Part shown: in pieces, positions 32,340-41,669 of the stretch
Position numbering within the stretch: position 1 is the stretch's first letter
How the letters are laid out: each line of letters opens with the position of its first letter
DNA from: a virus
Virus record (IMG/VR): IMGVR_UViG_3300020045_011333
Coordinates: 1 to 64,000 of that record
Strand: one strand, 5' to 3'
Length of the DNA: 64,000 nucleotides
Position numbers and translations under genes: made by a program
Notes under the pieces: model-generated
What the model was told of the DNA's origin: nothing
The model's input: only the letters and a program-made list of their open reading frames with translations
The model's database searches: none

Positions 32340-32355
32340 GTCCCCGTTAGGGGTT
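32340..32355 (+). repeat. dispersed hairpin motif GTCCCCGTTAGGGGTT, copy 3 (at the convergent junction)
   Basis: Identical 16-mer overlapping the stop codon of 32347-32703. Confidence 0.9.
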
Positions 32356-32703
32356 TTGTTCCGCAACTACAACGTTTACCGCCTCAACTTTTTTCTTATC
32401 TTCTAATAGCTTCTCTGTGTCTTCATGTTCCGCGCCAATCACTTCATTCGTCATATCAGCGGCTTCTATAATCTTATCAAGCTTGAGGTGTAGCGCGATT
32501 TCTCCACGTTTAGTAGATACTAGCACGGCAAGGCCAACAATCATTGTGAAGACAGATATGGAAACGTTAAGGATGGTTGAATCTAGCTGGAAGATTAGGG
32601 CTAGAGCGGTTATGATGACTACAGCGATGAAAGAGATAGGCTTAGACATTAGGTCGGAAAAGGCGTTAACTGCTTTTTCTAAGTAGGAAGAGATGGTTTT
32701 CAT
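32347..32703 (-). CDS. low-affinity iron permease family small membrane protein
   Basis: Two hydrophobic helices followed by STKRGEIALHLKLDKIIEA, like the family motif ALHxKLDELI. Confidence 0.7.
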   Translation of the reverse strand: MKTISSYLEKAVNAFSDLMSKPISFIAVVIITALALIFQLDSTILNVSISVFTMIVGLAVLVSTKRGEIALHLKLDKIIEAADMTNEVIGAEHEDTEKLLEDKKKVEAVNVVVAEQNP

Positions 32704-33021
32704 TTTTCGTCCTCAGGGCATTCCCAATACTCAGAATGATATTCAAAGAACCACCAATCTGTTTCACAACATCTCATCCAAGAACCTTCTGCCCCTTTAT
32801 AGGGAGCTTCAATAAATGCAGCGGCTCTTATTTCTTTTGGATCTTCTAAGAGTTCTAGAGCAAGTTTATCAGATGGTAGAAAAGGTACTCTAATCATTTC
32901 TACTAATTCAGTTAAAGTTACATCTTGATTAATATTTAGGTCATTATGGAAGCCAATATTGGCTTTTTTGTTTTCTAAATCAATACTATGTATTGCAATG
33001 GCATCGTTTCCATAAGGTACT

Positions 33022-34125
33022 TTAAACATTTTTGTTTTCTCCTGAAATATTTCTAACCGTTTTTCCAATCGTCTGTTCGGATAATTTAAATTTTGAAGCT
33101 AAAACTGTGTAAGTAACATCACCTTTAGCATATGCCTTTCTAATTTCATCATAAGTTTCATCATTTTCTACTTTCGCAAAAACATTATTTGATCCTGCAT
33201 TTCTTTTTACAGTATTTAACATATTTTGCTCACACTGTCGAAATTTATCTTGTTTTTTAGCATGATCCATGTTATATGTATGATCACAAGGTTCCAAATT
33301 AGATAATTCGTTATTTTTAGCGTTACCATCTATATGATTAATTAGCGGTGTCTCTGGCGATGGATATCCTTTAAAATACACATAAACTAATCTATGAGTG
33401 GACATGTGGTGAACTTTACCATTTAGAGATTTAGATACTCTAAAATACCTCTCTTTTTTACTTAAAGATGTACCTATAAAATTACCTGTAATGGTATTTA
33501 ATACTCTACCATCTTCAAATACTTTAAATTCTCCAGATTTAGCACAATTTAATATTACAGATTCACTTTCGTAATTAATTTTTGTATGTTTAGGAATAAT
33601 TACTTCTGGCATAGCTACATGTTTATAAGATTTACCTAAAACTGCTTGCATAATAGTTGATTTATTAGAATTAAATTTCTCGCAGAGTTTTTTATAAGAA
33701 TAATCTCCAGAGGCATAAATACAACGCATTTCCCATACCTGCTCATTAGTAAAATTACGGTTAGTATTTTTAGTTCCGCGAGCTACAGCGTGAGCATTAT
33801 TTTCTTGACTTGTAACTACTTCTAGATTATCAATATGATTATTAGTTCTATCACCATCTATGTGGTTAATCCATTGACGGTCTTCTGGTATAGGTCCATT
33901 ATACATTAAATAAACTAATCTATGAATAGGAAAGTTTCTGGGTTTTCCAAATTCTTTAAAATTATAAGTTACGTAATGATAACCATCTGGTTTAGGATTT
34001 TCACTTAAATACCTATTTAAAAGTTTACTAAAAACTTTACCTTCGCGAGTAACTTCATAAAGATTGGTATTACTAAATAATTCTAAAAATAATTTTTCTT
34101 TTTCTCTATTAACTGGCATTGACAT
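33022..34125 (-). CDS. HNH homing-type endonuclease with two tandem HNH+HTH units
   Basis: HRLVY...INHIDGDRTNNHIDNLE and HRLVY...INHIDGNAKNNELSNLE, each followed by an HTH-like segment. Confidence 0.88.
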   Translation of the reverse strand: MSMPVNREKEKLFLELFSNTNLYEVTREGKVFSKLLNRYLSENPKPDGYHYVTYNFKEFGKPRNFPIHRLVYLMYNGPIPEDRQWINHIDGDRTNNHIDNLEVVTSQENNAHAVARGTKNTNRNFTNEQVWEMRCIYASGDYSYKKLCEKFNSNKSTIMQAVLGKSYKHVAMPEVIIPKHTKINYESESVILNCAKSGEFKVFEDGRVLNTITGNFIGTSLSKKERYFRVSKSLNGKVHHMSTHRLVYVYFKGYPSPETPLINHIDGNAKNNELSNLEPCDHTYNMDHAKKQDKFRQCEQNMLNTVKRNAGSNNVFAKVENDETYDEIRKAYAKGDVTYTVLASKFKLSEQTIGKTVRNISGENKNV

Positions 34126-34350
34126 TTTTATTATTCTTCTTCATCATAATGTTTGTATTGTTGTATCGATACCGAGTGGTAACAACATACGTATAACAGA
34201 AATTTTATAAAAAGTCAAGCTTTATTTTAATAATACATAAAATAAAAGCCCTCAGATTTCTCTAAGGGCTTGTAATTTCTTTTATACATCTTTTTAGACT
34301 TGATAACTCGTCTGCGATAAAGTTCGCTGGCTAGGTCTTTAGCCATTGGA

Positions 34351-36024
34351 TTACGCCGTAACGGTTCCTGTTTGATTTTTTTGCTCATGTTTCAATCTCT
34401 CTTCCTTTTCTTTATTTTTTCTCATCATTTCTTCTTCAATAGCTTTTTCTACAGCATTTCTACGCCATTCACTAGAAGGCGCGGACCCCGCGCCGTGGAG
34501 TTTTTGAGTGCCGCCTTTTCTAACCCTACCTCTAGCCCATTCTAAATATTGGCTTGTGGAATCCACAGCATCATCAAACTGGCCATTAGGAAAAGAAAGT
34601 ATTTCTTTTTCATAGTCTGCTACCCAATTAGCACGTTCTGGAATATGAATCAAGCCTGCTTCAAACATTGGTGCCACAGCGTCCATTCTAAATTCTTTAG
34701 AATTATTATTAGTAGAAATAGCTATAACAGGCGTAGTTGATCTACTTTGCTTTAATTGTATGTAACTTGTACCTGAACCTTTGTCTTCAACTAAAATTGC
34801 TGAAGCTCCCCAACGTTCGGCAGTTAAATCAACTTCTTTAATTAATTCTGGCAACTCTAATTTTTTTCTGACCATATCTAATAGGTAGTGATGCCCTGTA
34901 GCCGTTTCGGCCCAAGTAGTTAAAACACTAAAATCGTTGCGCTCTCCTTTTTTCTGCGCTGAGTCAACAGATAAAGTAATTCTTCTAATTTGAATAGTTT
35001 CATCTTTTCTTGGATCATTACTATATTTTTGAAACCATATTCCTCTAATTAAACCGCCTTCACCATCTAACGGCTCACCTTGATAGATAGCGCTGAATTG
35101 GTGAGTAGTCATAGAATTTCTAAGATTAATATAATGCTCTGCCGGGTAATAATCCCATACAGTTTCGTCAACTCCTTTTCTTCCAATAGGGTCGTTTTCA
35201 GGAATTCCGTCAGATAAAGCTTTTAGATTAAAATATTCATAAGGAATCATTTTTCCTTTTTTAGATTCTTCTAATAAGAATCCGATGAGATCATTTTCCG
35301 AAAATCTCGTATTTACGATCACAATAGGTGCTCTAGGAAGTAAGCGTGAGCTAAAATCTGCAAGGAACCAAGTTTTCGCGGTTTCTCTAACTTTTGGGTC
35401 TTGTGCATCATCCCAAGATGAATACAAATCGTCAATAGCACCTATTGATGCGCGAATTCCAGATATTCCGCTCCCGACGCCACGTGCCAAATACTCAGAT
35501 TTGTTAGTCATGGCCCACCGTGCACCGGCTCTAGCGTCAGCTAATAGAGCGCAATCTGGAAATATATCTTTGTATTCATCAGATGTAACATAAGCTTTAG
35601 TTTTTTTACCTAACTCACCTTCAGCAAATGTGGCATTATAACTAGCTTGAAGCCATTTTACCTTACGCCTTCCCATGGCCCAAACAGCGAATCTTCTTGA
35701 AGAGTATTCGGTTTTACCGGCTCCGGCACAAACGCTTAACGCGAGTCTTGGTATAATTCCTTCTTCTACAAGTTGCAATCTCTCACATATAATATGATGA
35801 TGGTAAGCAGGAGGTTCTTCCATATTTAAATATTCGGCAAAACAAGAATAATTATTAAAAGAGTTTTCTCTTAATTTATTTTTATATTCTGCTTCATAAT
35901 GCTCAATAAAACTTTGAATTCCAGCTAATTGTCCGTATGGATCGCTAGTCTTCGTCAACTCCGTTATAGCTGATATGTACTGGTTCGGAACTGGTTTCGG
36001 GAAGATTGATCGGAACGAGTCCAT
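34351..36024 (-). CDS. terL: terminase large subunit
   Basis: ATPase motifs GAGKT and IDD; nuclease motifs SVDSAQ...DFS and DDAVDSTSQ. Start placed at ATG 36024 (GGAGG 8 nt upstream). Confidence 0.92.
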   Translation of the reverse strand: MDSFRSIFPKPVPNQYISAITELTKTSDPYGQLAGIQSFIEHYEAEYKNKLRENSFNNYSCFAEYLNMEEPPAYHHHIICERLQLVEEGIIPRLALSVCAGAGKTEYSSRRFAVWAMGRRKVKWLQASYNATFAEGELGKKTKAYVTSDEYKDIFPDCALLADARAGARWAMTNKSEYLARGVGSGISGIRASIGAIDDLYSSWDDAQDPKVRETAKTWFLADFSSRLLPRAPIVIVNTRFSENDLIGFLLEESKKGKMIPYEYFNLKALSDGIPENDPIGRKGVDETVWDYYPAEHYINLRNSMTTHQFSAIYQGEPLDGEGGLIRGIWFQKYSNDPRKDETIQIRRITLSVDSAQKKGERNDFSVLTTWAETATGHHYLLDMVRKKLELPELIKEVDLTAERWGASAILVEDKGSGTSYIQLKQSRSTTPVIAISTNNNSKEFRMDAVAPMFEAGLIHIPERANWVADYEKEILSFPNGQFDDAVDSTSQYLEWARGRVRKGGTQKLHGAGSAPSSEWRRNAVEKAIEEEMMRKNKEKEERLKHEQKNQTGTVTA

Positions 36025-36514
36025 CAATACTTCCTCCATTATTTTCAGATTTTTGATTGATGATCGAAATGAAAGTCTGGCTTCCCAAGTTAGATTTGTC
36101 ATTAGTAGGTAGCATCCTATTAGTAGTTTTTTCTTCCGGTTCGGGACGGACTTTGTTTATATCTGCCATATCTTTCAAAAGAATGGCTGCGTTTTTTAAA
36201 TCTTTTTCTTCTCTTGCAATGTTTAGAAAAGCAATGTATTCATTATTAATCCATTCCAAAGAAACAGCCGCGTCTTCAACTTTTTTCAAAGGTAAAGGCG
36301 GCGCAGTATCCATAGCACCTTTTTCAGCAGCTTTGATCTTCAACTCTTCAACTCGTGCCGCAACTGTAGGCTCACTCATTAGTTTAGAAGCATTAGCAGC
36401 GGCTGTACTATTCTTACAAGCATAGCCCGCCTCTTTATAAGCAGACATTTGAGTATAACCGGCTGCTATATATGTAGCAAATTTTTCTTGTTTTTCTATA
36501 CTAAGTCTAGCCAT
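35945..36514 (-). CDS. terS: terminase small subunit
   Basis: KQEKFATYIAAGYTQMSAYKEAGY...AAANASKLMSEPTVAARVEEL HTH typical of TerS; directly upstream of terL. Confidence 0.85.
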   Translation of the reverse strand: MARLSIEKQEKFATYIAAGYTQMSAYKEAGYACKNSTAAANASKLMSEPTVAARVEELKIKAAEKGAMDTAPPLPLKKVEDAAVSLEWINNEYIAFLNIAREEKDLKNAAILLKDMADINKVRPEPEEKTTNRMLPTNDKSNLGSQTFISIINQKSENNGGSIDGLVPINLPETSSEPVHISYNGVDED

Positions 36515-36778
36515 CGCAGTACTTCACCAAGTCATTGTTTTCCAAGTAACTGCAATACTCATTAGTATAATCCAGTTGTATTCTATATGTTTCTATTACT
36601 AGGAAGGTTGCATCATCTATTGCTTTGGATCTTCCAACAATTTCCGAGCTATGAGCATAAATCATTCTGGTATGTGCATTCCTGTGATTTTCATGCGCCA
36701 AGCTTAAATCCATAAGAATAGCTTTTATATCGGCTCGATATTTCTCAGGAAACCTATTAATATCTGTAATGATTAAAG

Positions 36779-37306
36779 TCATGCTAAGTCGCCAATCAAT
36801 GTAAACTGTTTTTCTAACTTATAGCCTAGGTTGCAGAAGCCATAAAATGCAATCAAAACTGCTTCAGCGCGACCATCATCCATTTTCCTAGCCCAAGCCT
36901 TAGAACATTGTGGAAAATACTGAGACGCCCTGTAACGAGCCGCGTCTTTTTCTGCTGGGATTTTAAGTTCTGATTTCCATTTCTGAGGGCGAACTTGGGT
37001 AACAGGAACTCTTAATCCGGCACAACAGCCTAGAATAGCTCCGAATCTACTTCCGAATGAGAATGAGGATACTACACCTTCTCCGGGTCTTGCATTGACT
37101 TCTTCAACGTATAGGTGAAAAATTTTTTCATCATCTAATATATTAGCCATACCGGAATGATCTAAAACAGTTTTCTTTTTTACGCCTGTTTTAATTTCAA
37201 ATGTTGGCATATCAAAAATTTCTATGGTATAATTAACAGGATCAAGCTTAGCGAACGCTCCTTTAGCTCCGGGGTCTGCTCCGCAGATAATTGTACTTTC
37301 ACCCAT
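36779..37306 (-). CDS. RuvC-like Holliday junction resolvase
   Basis: GADPG, YVEEV, SFSFGSRFG, WKSEL, DGRAEAVLIA RNase H-fold motifs. Confidence 0.85.
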   Translation of the reverse strand: MGESTIICGADPGAKGAFAKLDPVNYTIEIFDMPTFEIKTGVKKKTVLDHSGMANILDDEKIFHLYVEEVNARPGEGVVSSFSFGSRFGAILGCCAGLRVPVTQVRPQKWKSELKIPAEKDAARYRASQYFPQCSKAWARKMDDGRAEAVLIAFYGFCNLGYKLEKQFTLIGDLA

Positions 37307-38012
37307 TTTTAAAACTTTCTAATAACGCAGGGTTGCCCCAAATCTCATCGATTTCAGCTTGACCTCTGATTTGAGATTCTACAGCGTCTTCTATATTTTT
37401 CTCATATGAGTAATGTTCATATTTACCATTGACATAAACTCTAACAACGTATAAGTTTTTAAGTTTAAACTCATACACGCCTTTGTGATTTGTTTCGCGC
37501 TCTTCGCTATTATTTTGGGCGCTGGCTTTAGTGATATAGGCGTGGAGGTTGTAATGGTTCAGTTGAGTTTCGGCCCAATTCACAGCATCTTTTTTATGTT
37601 TTTTACGAGTACCTTTATAAAGATGAGGGTAGTGCCAAATCTTTACGCCCCAATACTTTCCTTCTTTCCTAACTAGATAGTTTCCTAATCGCTTTGTATT
37701 GAGTGAGGAAGCGTATACCAGATTATCTCGGCTCAGGTTCTTCAGATTGCCGTCTATCGCTTCAATAGGCTCTTTGGGCCAATGACCATACATAAGGAGC
37801 CAAGCCAAGTGGTGTCCCTGAATATTAGTCCTATTAAAACAAGTTACCAGAGTATCTTTATCGGGGAAATCGGAGCGCTTCACAACTTTCCAACCACCAG
37901 CGCCATGATAGCGATAAATTTTACCCGTCTCTTCCTCGTAACGAAACTTGGTCTTTAGTATCCTAATATCGACATCGGGATACATGTTAGAAAAATTATA
38001 AACCCGGCCCAT
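37299..38012 (-). CDS. degenerate HNH + AP2-like DNA-binding protein
   Basis: HHLAWLLMYGHWP then IEAIDGNLKNLSRDNL (expected IDHIDG..NN..NL); C-terminal HKGVY...VRVYVNGK AP2-like segment. Confidence 0.7.
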   Translation of the reverse strand: MGRVYNFSNMYPDVDIRILKTKFRYEEETGKIYRYHGAGGWKVVKRSDFPDKDTLVTCFNRTNIQGHHLAWLLMYGHWPKEPIEAIDGNLKNLSRDNLVYASSLNTKRLGNYLVRKEGKYWGVKIWHYPHLYKGTRKKHKKDAVNWAETQLNHYNLHAYITKASAQNNSEERETNHKGVYEFKLKNLYVVRVYVNGKYEHYSYEKNIEDAVESQIRGQAEIDEIWGNPALLESFKNG

Positions 38013-38558
38013 TATTTTCAGTCTTTTTTACGATATTAGAAAATTCTAATACATTGATTTTATCTTTTAAAAATTGAACTTCGACATAAAGGTCTTCGAC
38101 AATCTTTTTTAAAGTTTCAAGATTTCGATTAGACCTATTGATTTTGTTTTCCAAATCTTCTAGATCAGAAGAAACAGACTTATTATCTTCATAGCCGGAA
38201 GGAAAGGGAAGCATTAGTTATAATTCCTATATGTCCCGGTGCTATAAGGATGAAGAATATCTGCCAATTTATCAACAAGTTCATCGGTCCACAAATCATC
38301 TATGAACTTGATGTCACAGCCCATGACCTCTAACTGTGAGTCAACAAGATTCATAAAATCAACAACAATTTGATTGACTTCTTCATAGTCCATAACTTTA
38401 GTCATCAGAATTATTTCTATTGTAGTTTTCAATAACAGTATCTTGTTCAATTAGTTCTTCGTTAAGCACGTCTACCACGCCCTCAAGACGTGTAATCTCA
38501 GTAATGAGAAGACGAATAATATCAGCTTCTGCTACTGCATTTTCTGGTAAAATAAATT

Positions 38559-39089
38559 TCATTTCTCTAATCCTTCGATTCGGGATTTGATTTCAGCAAG
38601 CTCTTCTTCTAATTCTCTATTTATGACTTCTAAATTACTAAGTTCTAGTTGGGTGAAGAAATGTTCATCGCTGATACTTCTAATGTGCTGGTTAGAATTA
38701 TTAATTTGAGCTTCTAATTGCTTAATTTTTAGTTTGAGTTCACTATTTTCTTCTTGTAGTTTACTAATTTCTAAATAATCTTTTTCATCTGATTGTGTAC
38801 CGTCATCTATTTTGGCTGTATCAAAAGTTCCTAGTTCAGCTTCTCTAAGTCCTAATTCGTAAGTCCCTAATGAGGTAGTTACTGATTCATCCGTTTCTTC
38901 TGTCATAGTTTTCTCGTTTCTACTGACTATTTTATAGCTCTGACTGACTGAATTACTAATTTCTACTATTTTATCTAAATAATTTTTATTTAAAGTTCTT
39001 AAGTACTGATTCTCTTTTTCTAATTGCTTTACTTCATAATTTAAACTATCTATTGTTCTATGGAGGTGTTCTTCATATATTTCGCCCAT
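38559..39089 (-). CDS. coiled-coil protein
   Basis: Heptad-rich, E/K/L-rich sequence. Confidence 0.55.
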   Translation of the reverse strand: MGEIYEEHLHRTIDSLNYEVKQLEKENQYLRTLNKNYLDKIVEISNSVSQSYKIVSRNEKTMTEETDESVTTSLGTYELGLREAELGTFDTAKIDDGTQSDEKDYLEISKLQEENSELKLKIKQLEAQINNSNQHIRSISDEHFFTQLELSNLEVINRELEEELAEIKSRIEGLEK

Positions 39090-39523
39090 TTATAATTACT
39101 ACTTTCACTTTACTAGTTCTAAATTTTTCGGCGGGACCGTGCGTTAGCACGGTGTTACCTGTTCAACTACTTTTATCCAATAATTTCTAATTTACTATGT
39201 TCAAGTTTCTAATCCGTAATTACCCATCCTAGCATATGTTTTCTCGTTTGTCAAGTTTTATTTAATTTGGTTATGGATTAGCAGCGTTAAACTCATATTC
39301 TCTTTGAGAGATGATAGCTAAATTCTCGGTTAATATCTTATATTTAACCTGTTTAGGAATCGTGGTTCCATTTTTCATGAAATGCACTTCAATTTTCTTA
39401 TCATGAGCCGGGGAGTAAGCGAGGATATTGTAAATACCTACTGTGCCTGCGGGTAGGCTTTCATGGTCGTTTAGGAGTTGAACAAACACTTTCTTTTTCC
39501 TTATTTATGAGAAAGAAATTTAA

Positions 39524-40366
39524 TTATCTCTTTCTGTTAGATTTAATTTCAATTGGGGATTTAAATTTAACTTTATTGTTTTCTGGCGTGATAACTATTT
39601 TTCTGATACGATTATTTACAAAATTATTATCTCCATAGAATTCACAATCTTGGAAATATGTGTTAAGTAAATAAGCACCTTCAAAATCACAGTCAGAAAA
39701 AGTGCAATAAAGAAATCTACACTTAGTGAAATTAGTAGATTCAAAGCTAGTATTCTTAAAATCACAATGGAGGAAAACAGACATACTTAGATTATCTTTA
39801 TCATAAGATTCACTCGTGTATTCTCGCTCTACTGACGCATCTTCTAATTTATATCCAGCGTTATAGAATATAGTTTTGAATTGTTTTCTTTTGAATTTTT
39901 CTTTCTCATTAGTTGTTTCGAAAAACTCCCCGGTCCAATAACAAACTGTTCTAAATTTATCTAATCTCTCGACAGGTTTTTTATGGCTTAATATTCTATG
40001 TTCGGCGCAGCAAAATTTTTGGTCATGGCGTGACTTTGTGAATTCTTCTAGGCATTCTTTATATTCACAAATACTAATTTTGTATTTTGACTTACGGCTT
40101 ACACGATTCGTGGCAGTCCTATGTCTTCTGCTATAAGCCATGGCGTGAGCGGGGCAGCAAAAATTAGCGGGCTTATAAATTTTCTCTCCCTGATTAATAG
40201 GTTTATCACATTCAGGCAGTTGACAAACTTCTGGTACGAATTTAAACTTACTCATCCTGTTATAATGAGCCGTCCTATGCTCGATGCAGCAAAACTTAGC
40301 ATTGCTTCGATCCGCGATGAAGTTTTTGGAGCATGGTGCGTATTGGCATTTTCTTGTAATCTGCAT
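39524..40366 (-). CDS. Cys-repeat (Zn-finger-like) + pentapeptide repeat protein
   Basis: Three C-x4-C...FCC-x2-H units, then FLHCDFKNTSFESTNFTKCRF... repeats. Promoter TTGACA-N17-TACAAT at 40427-40399 places the start at ATG 40366. Confidence 0.75.
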   Translation of the reverse strand: MQITRKCQYAPCSKNFIADRSNAKFCCIEHRTAHYNRMSKFKFVPEVCQLPECDKPINQGEKIYKPANFCCPAHAMAYSRRHRTATNRVSRKSKYKISICEYKECLEEFTKSRHDQKFCCAEHRILSHKKPVERLDKFRTVCYWTGEFFETTNEKEKFKRKQFKTIFYNAGYKLEDASVEREYTSESYDKDNLSMSVFLHCDFKNTSFESTNFTKCRFLYCTFSDCDFEGAYLLNTYFQDCEFYGDNNFVNNRIRKIVITPENNKVKFKSPIEIKSNRKR

Positions 40367-40989
40367 ATCAATTCCTATAAATTCTGTATCAGGAACGAAT
40401 TGTAACACTAGTTTCCAAATTTGTCAAGTATTTTTCTTATCATTTTGTATTTATCTTATAACTACTTGAAAACGCTCACTATTTTGATTGTACTCATCAA
40501 ACTAAACGTTAATTATTGTAACTCATAGATTTTTGTAAAAGTATCAGAAAAACCACCCCCTAATTTTTGAAGCGTCAAAATAGATAGGCATCAAAATATT
40601 GCTACAAAATGAACCAATTTTCTTTTTAAAACTTGTTGTTTATATCTAAGTTACTGAACAACATAGATAATTTCTTTAAAGATTGTCATATTAAATGTTA
40701 TATGTTTAGGTGCATTGAATCAGTTTTAAAAGTGTGTCGTTTTTCTTTTATCATTACAACTGAGTGTCTGCAATGAACTTTTAATTTTATTTATTCTTCT
40801 TTATTTATATAATAAAAACAATATCTTACTAATAATAAACTCTTTTTAAAAAGAAAATGGGTTCATTTGCTGGCAAACCAAAGTAGTACTTTTTACGGTA
40901 TTTTTGAAAATGCTTCAAGAAAAAGGTTGTAACAATTTTTATGACAACCTTTAAGAAAAACAACAGCACAGAAAAAACATTGAGTGTGA

Positions 40990-41256
40990 GTGAAAACGAG
41001 AACGAGAGTACCCCCCCCTCCCTAATAAATTAAAGAACGAGAGTACCTCCTAGTAGATGAAAACGAATGTCTTTTCTCTCTTCCGTTAAATGTAGGAGTT
41101 AAGGAATGTACACCCCTCCCTTAATAAACTAAAAACTAATGTCTGTCCCCAAATAAATTAAGAGATGAATGTCTGTCCCTTAATAAACTAAAAACTAATG
41201 TCTGTCCCCAAATAAATTAAGAGATGAATGTCTGTCCCCGTCAGGGGGGAGGGTAC
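40990..41256. repeat. iteron-like direct repeat array in the divergent intergenic region
   Basis: AATGTCTGTCCC at 41138, 41168, 41197, 41227; perfect 59-bp duplication 41121-41238; AACGAGAGTACC twice; C8 tract; imperfect inverted flanks. Confidence 0.9.
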
Positions 41257-41348
41257 AAAAATTTATTATCTTGAATCCTCATTTTTATATTGACGGGAAT
41301 TTCGAGACGCTGTAGTTTGAGTTTATTAAAGATGCAAAGGAGAACTTC

Positions 41349-41669
41349 ATGGAAAATTTTGATACAGCACTTGAAGCATTTATTGCTGGCGTGACACAGA
41401 TTCGTACTCTTCATATGACCTCCAATGGTTATGAGTCTTTCTTCAATCCTGTTGTAGCTTATACCACTGGCCCTAAATACATCAGGGTCTATGATGTGAA
41501 TATGGATGGTGAGGCTCGATCCGTGTATTGCTTCATTGATCGTACCAATGGTGATGTACTAAAAGCAGCGAGTTGGAAAATTCCTGCTAAACATGCTAGA
41601 GGTAATATTTTTGATGAGCATAACGGTTTGGCTCGTTGTAATGTAAATGGTCCTGAGTATCTGAGGTAG
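41349..41669 (+). CDS. hypothetical early protein (paralog of 47595-47924)
   Basis: KYIRVY...VYCFIDRTNGDVLKAASWKIPAKHARGNIFDEHNGL vs KWVKIY...VFAFVEIDTGNIF...KAPRKNKIKGNIFSEENGL. Confidence 0.7.
   Translation: MENFDTALEAFIAGVTQIRTLHMTSNGYESFFNPVVAYTTGPKYIRVYDVNMDGEARSVYCFIDRTNGDVLKAASWKIPAKHARGNIFDEHNGLARCNVNGPEYLR

Noticed and set aside
41121-41240. CRISPR array
   Set aside because: Repeat only 12 bp, spacers 17-18 bp and themselves duplicated, no cas genes.
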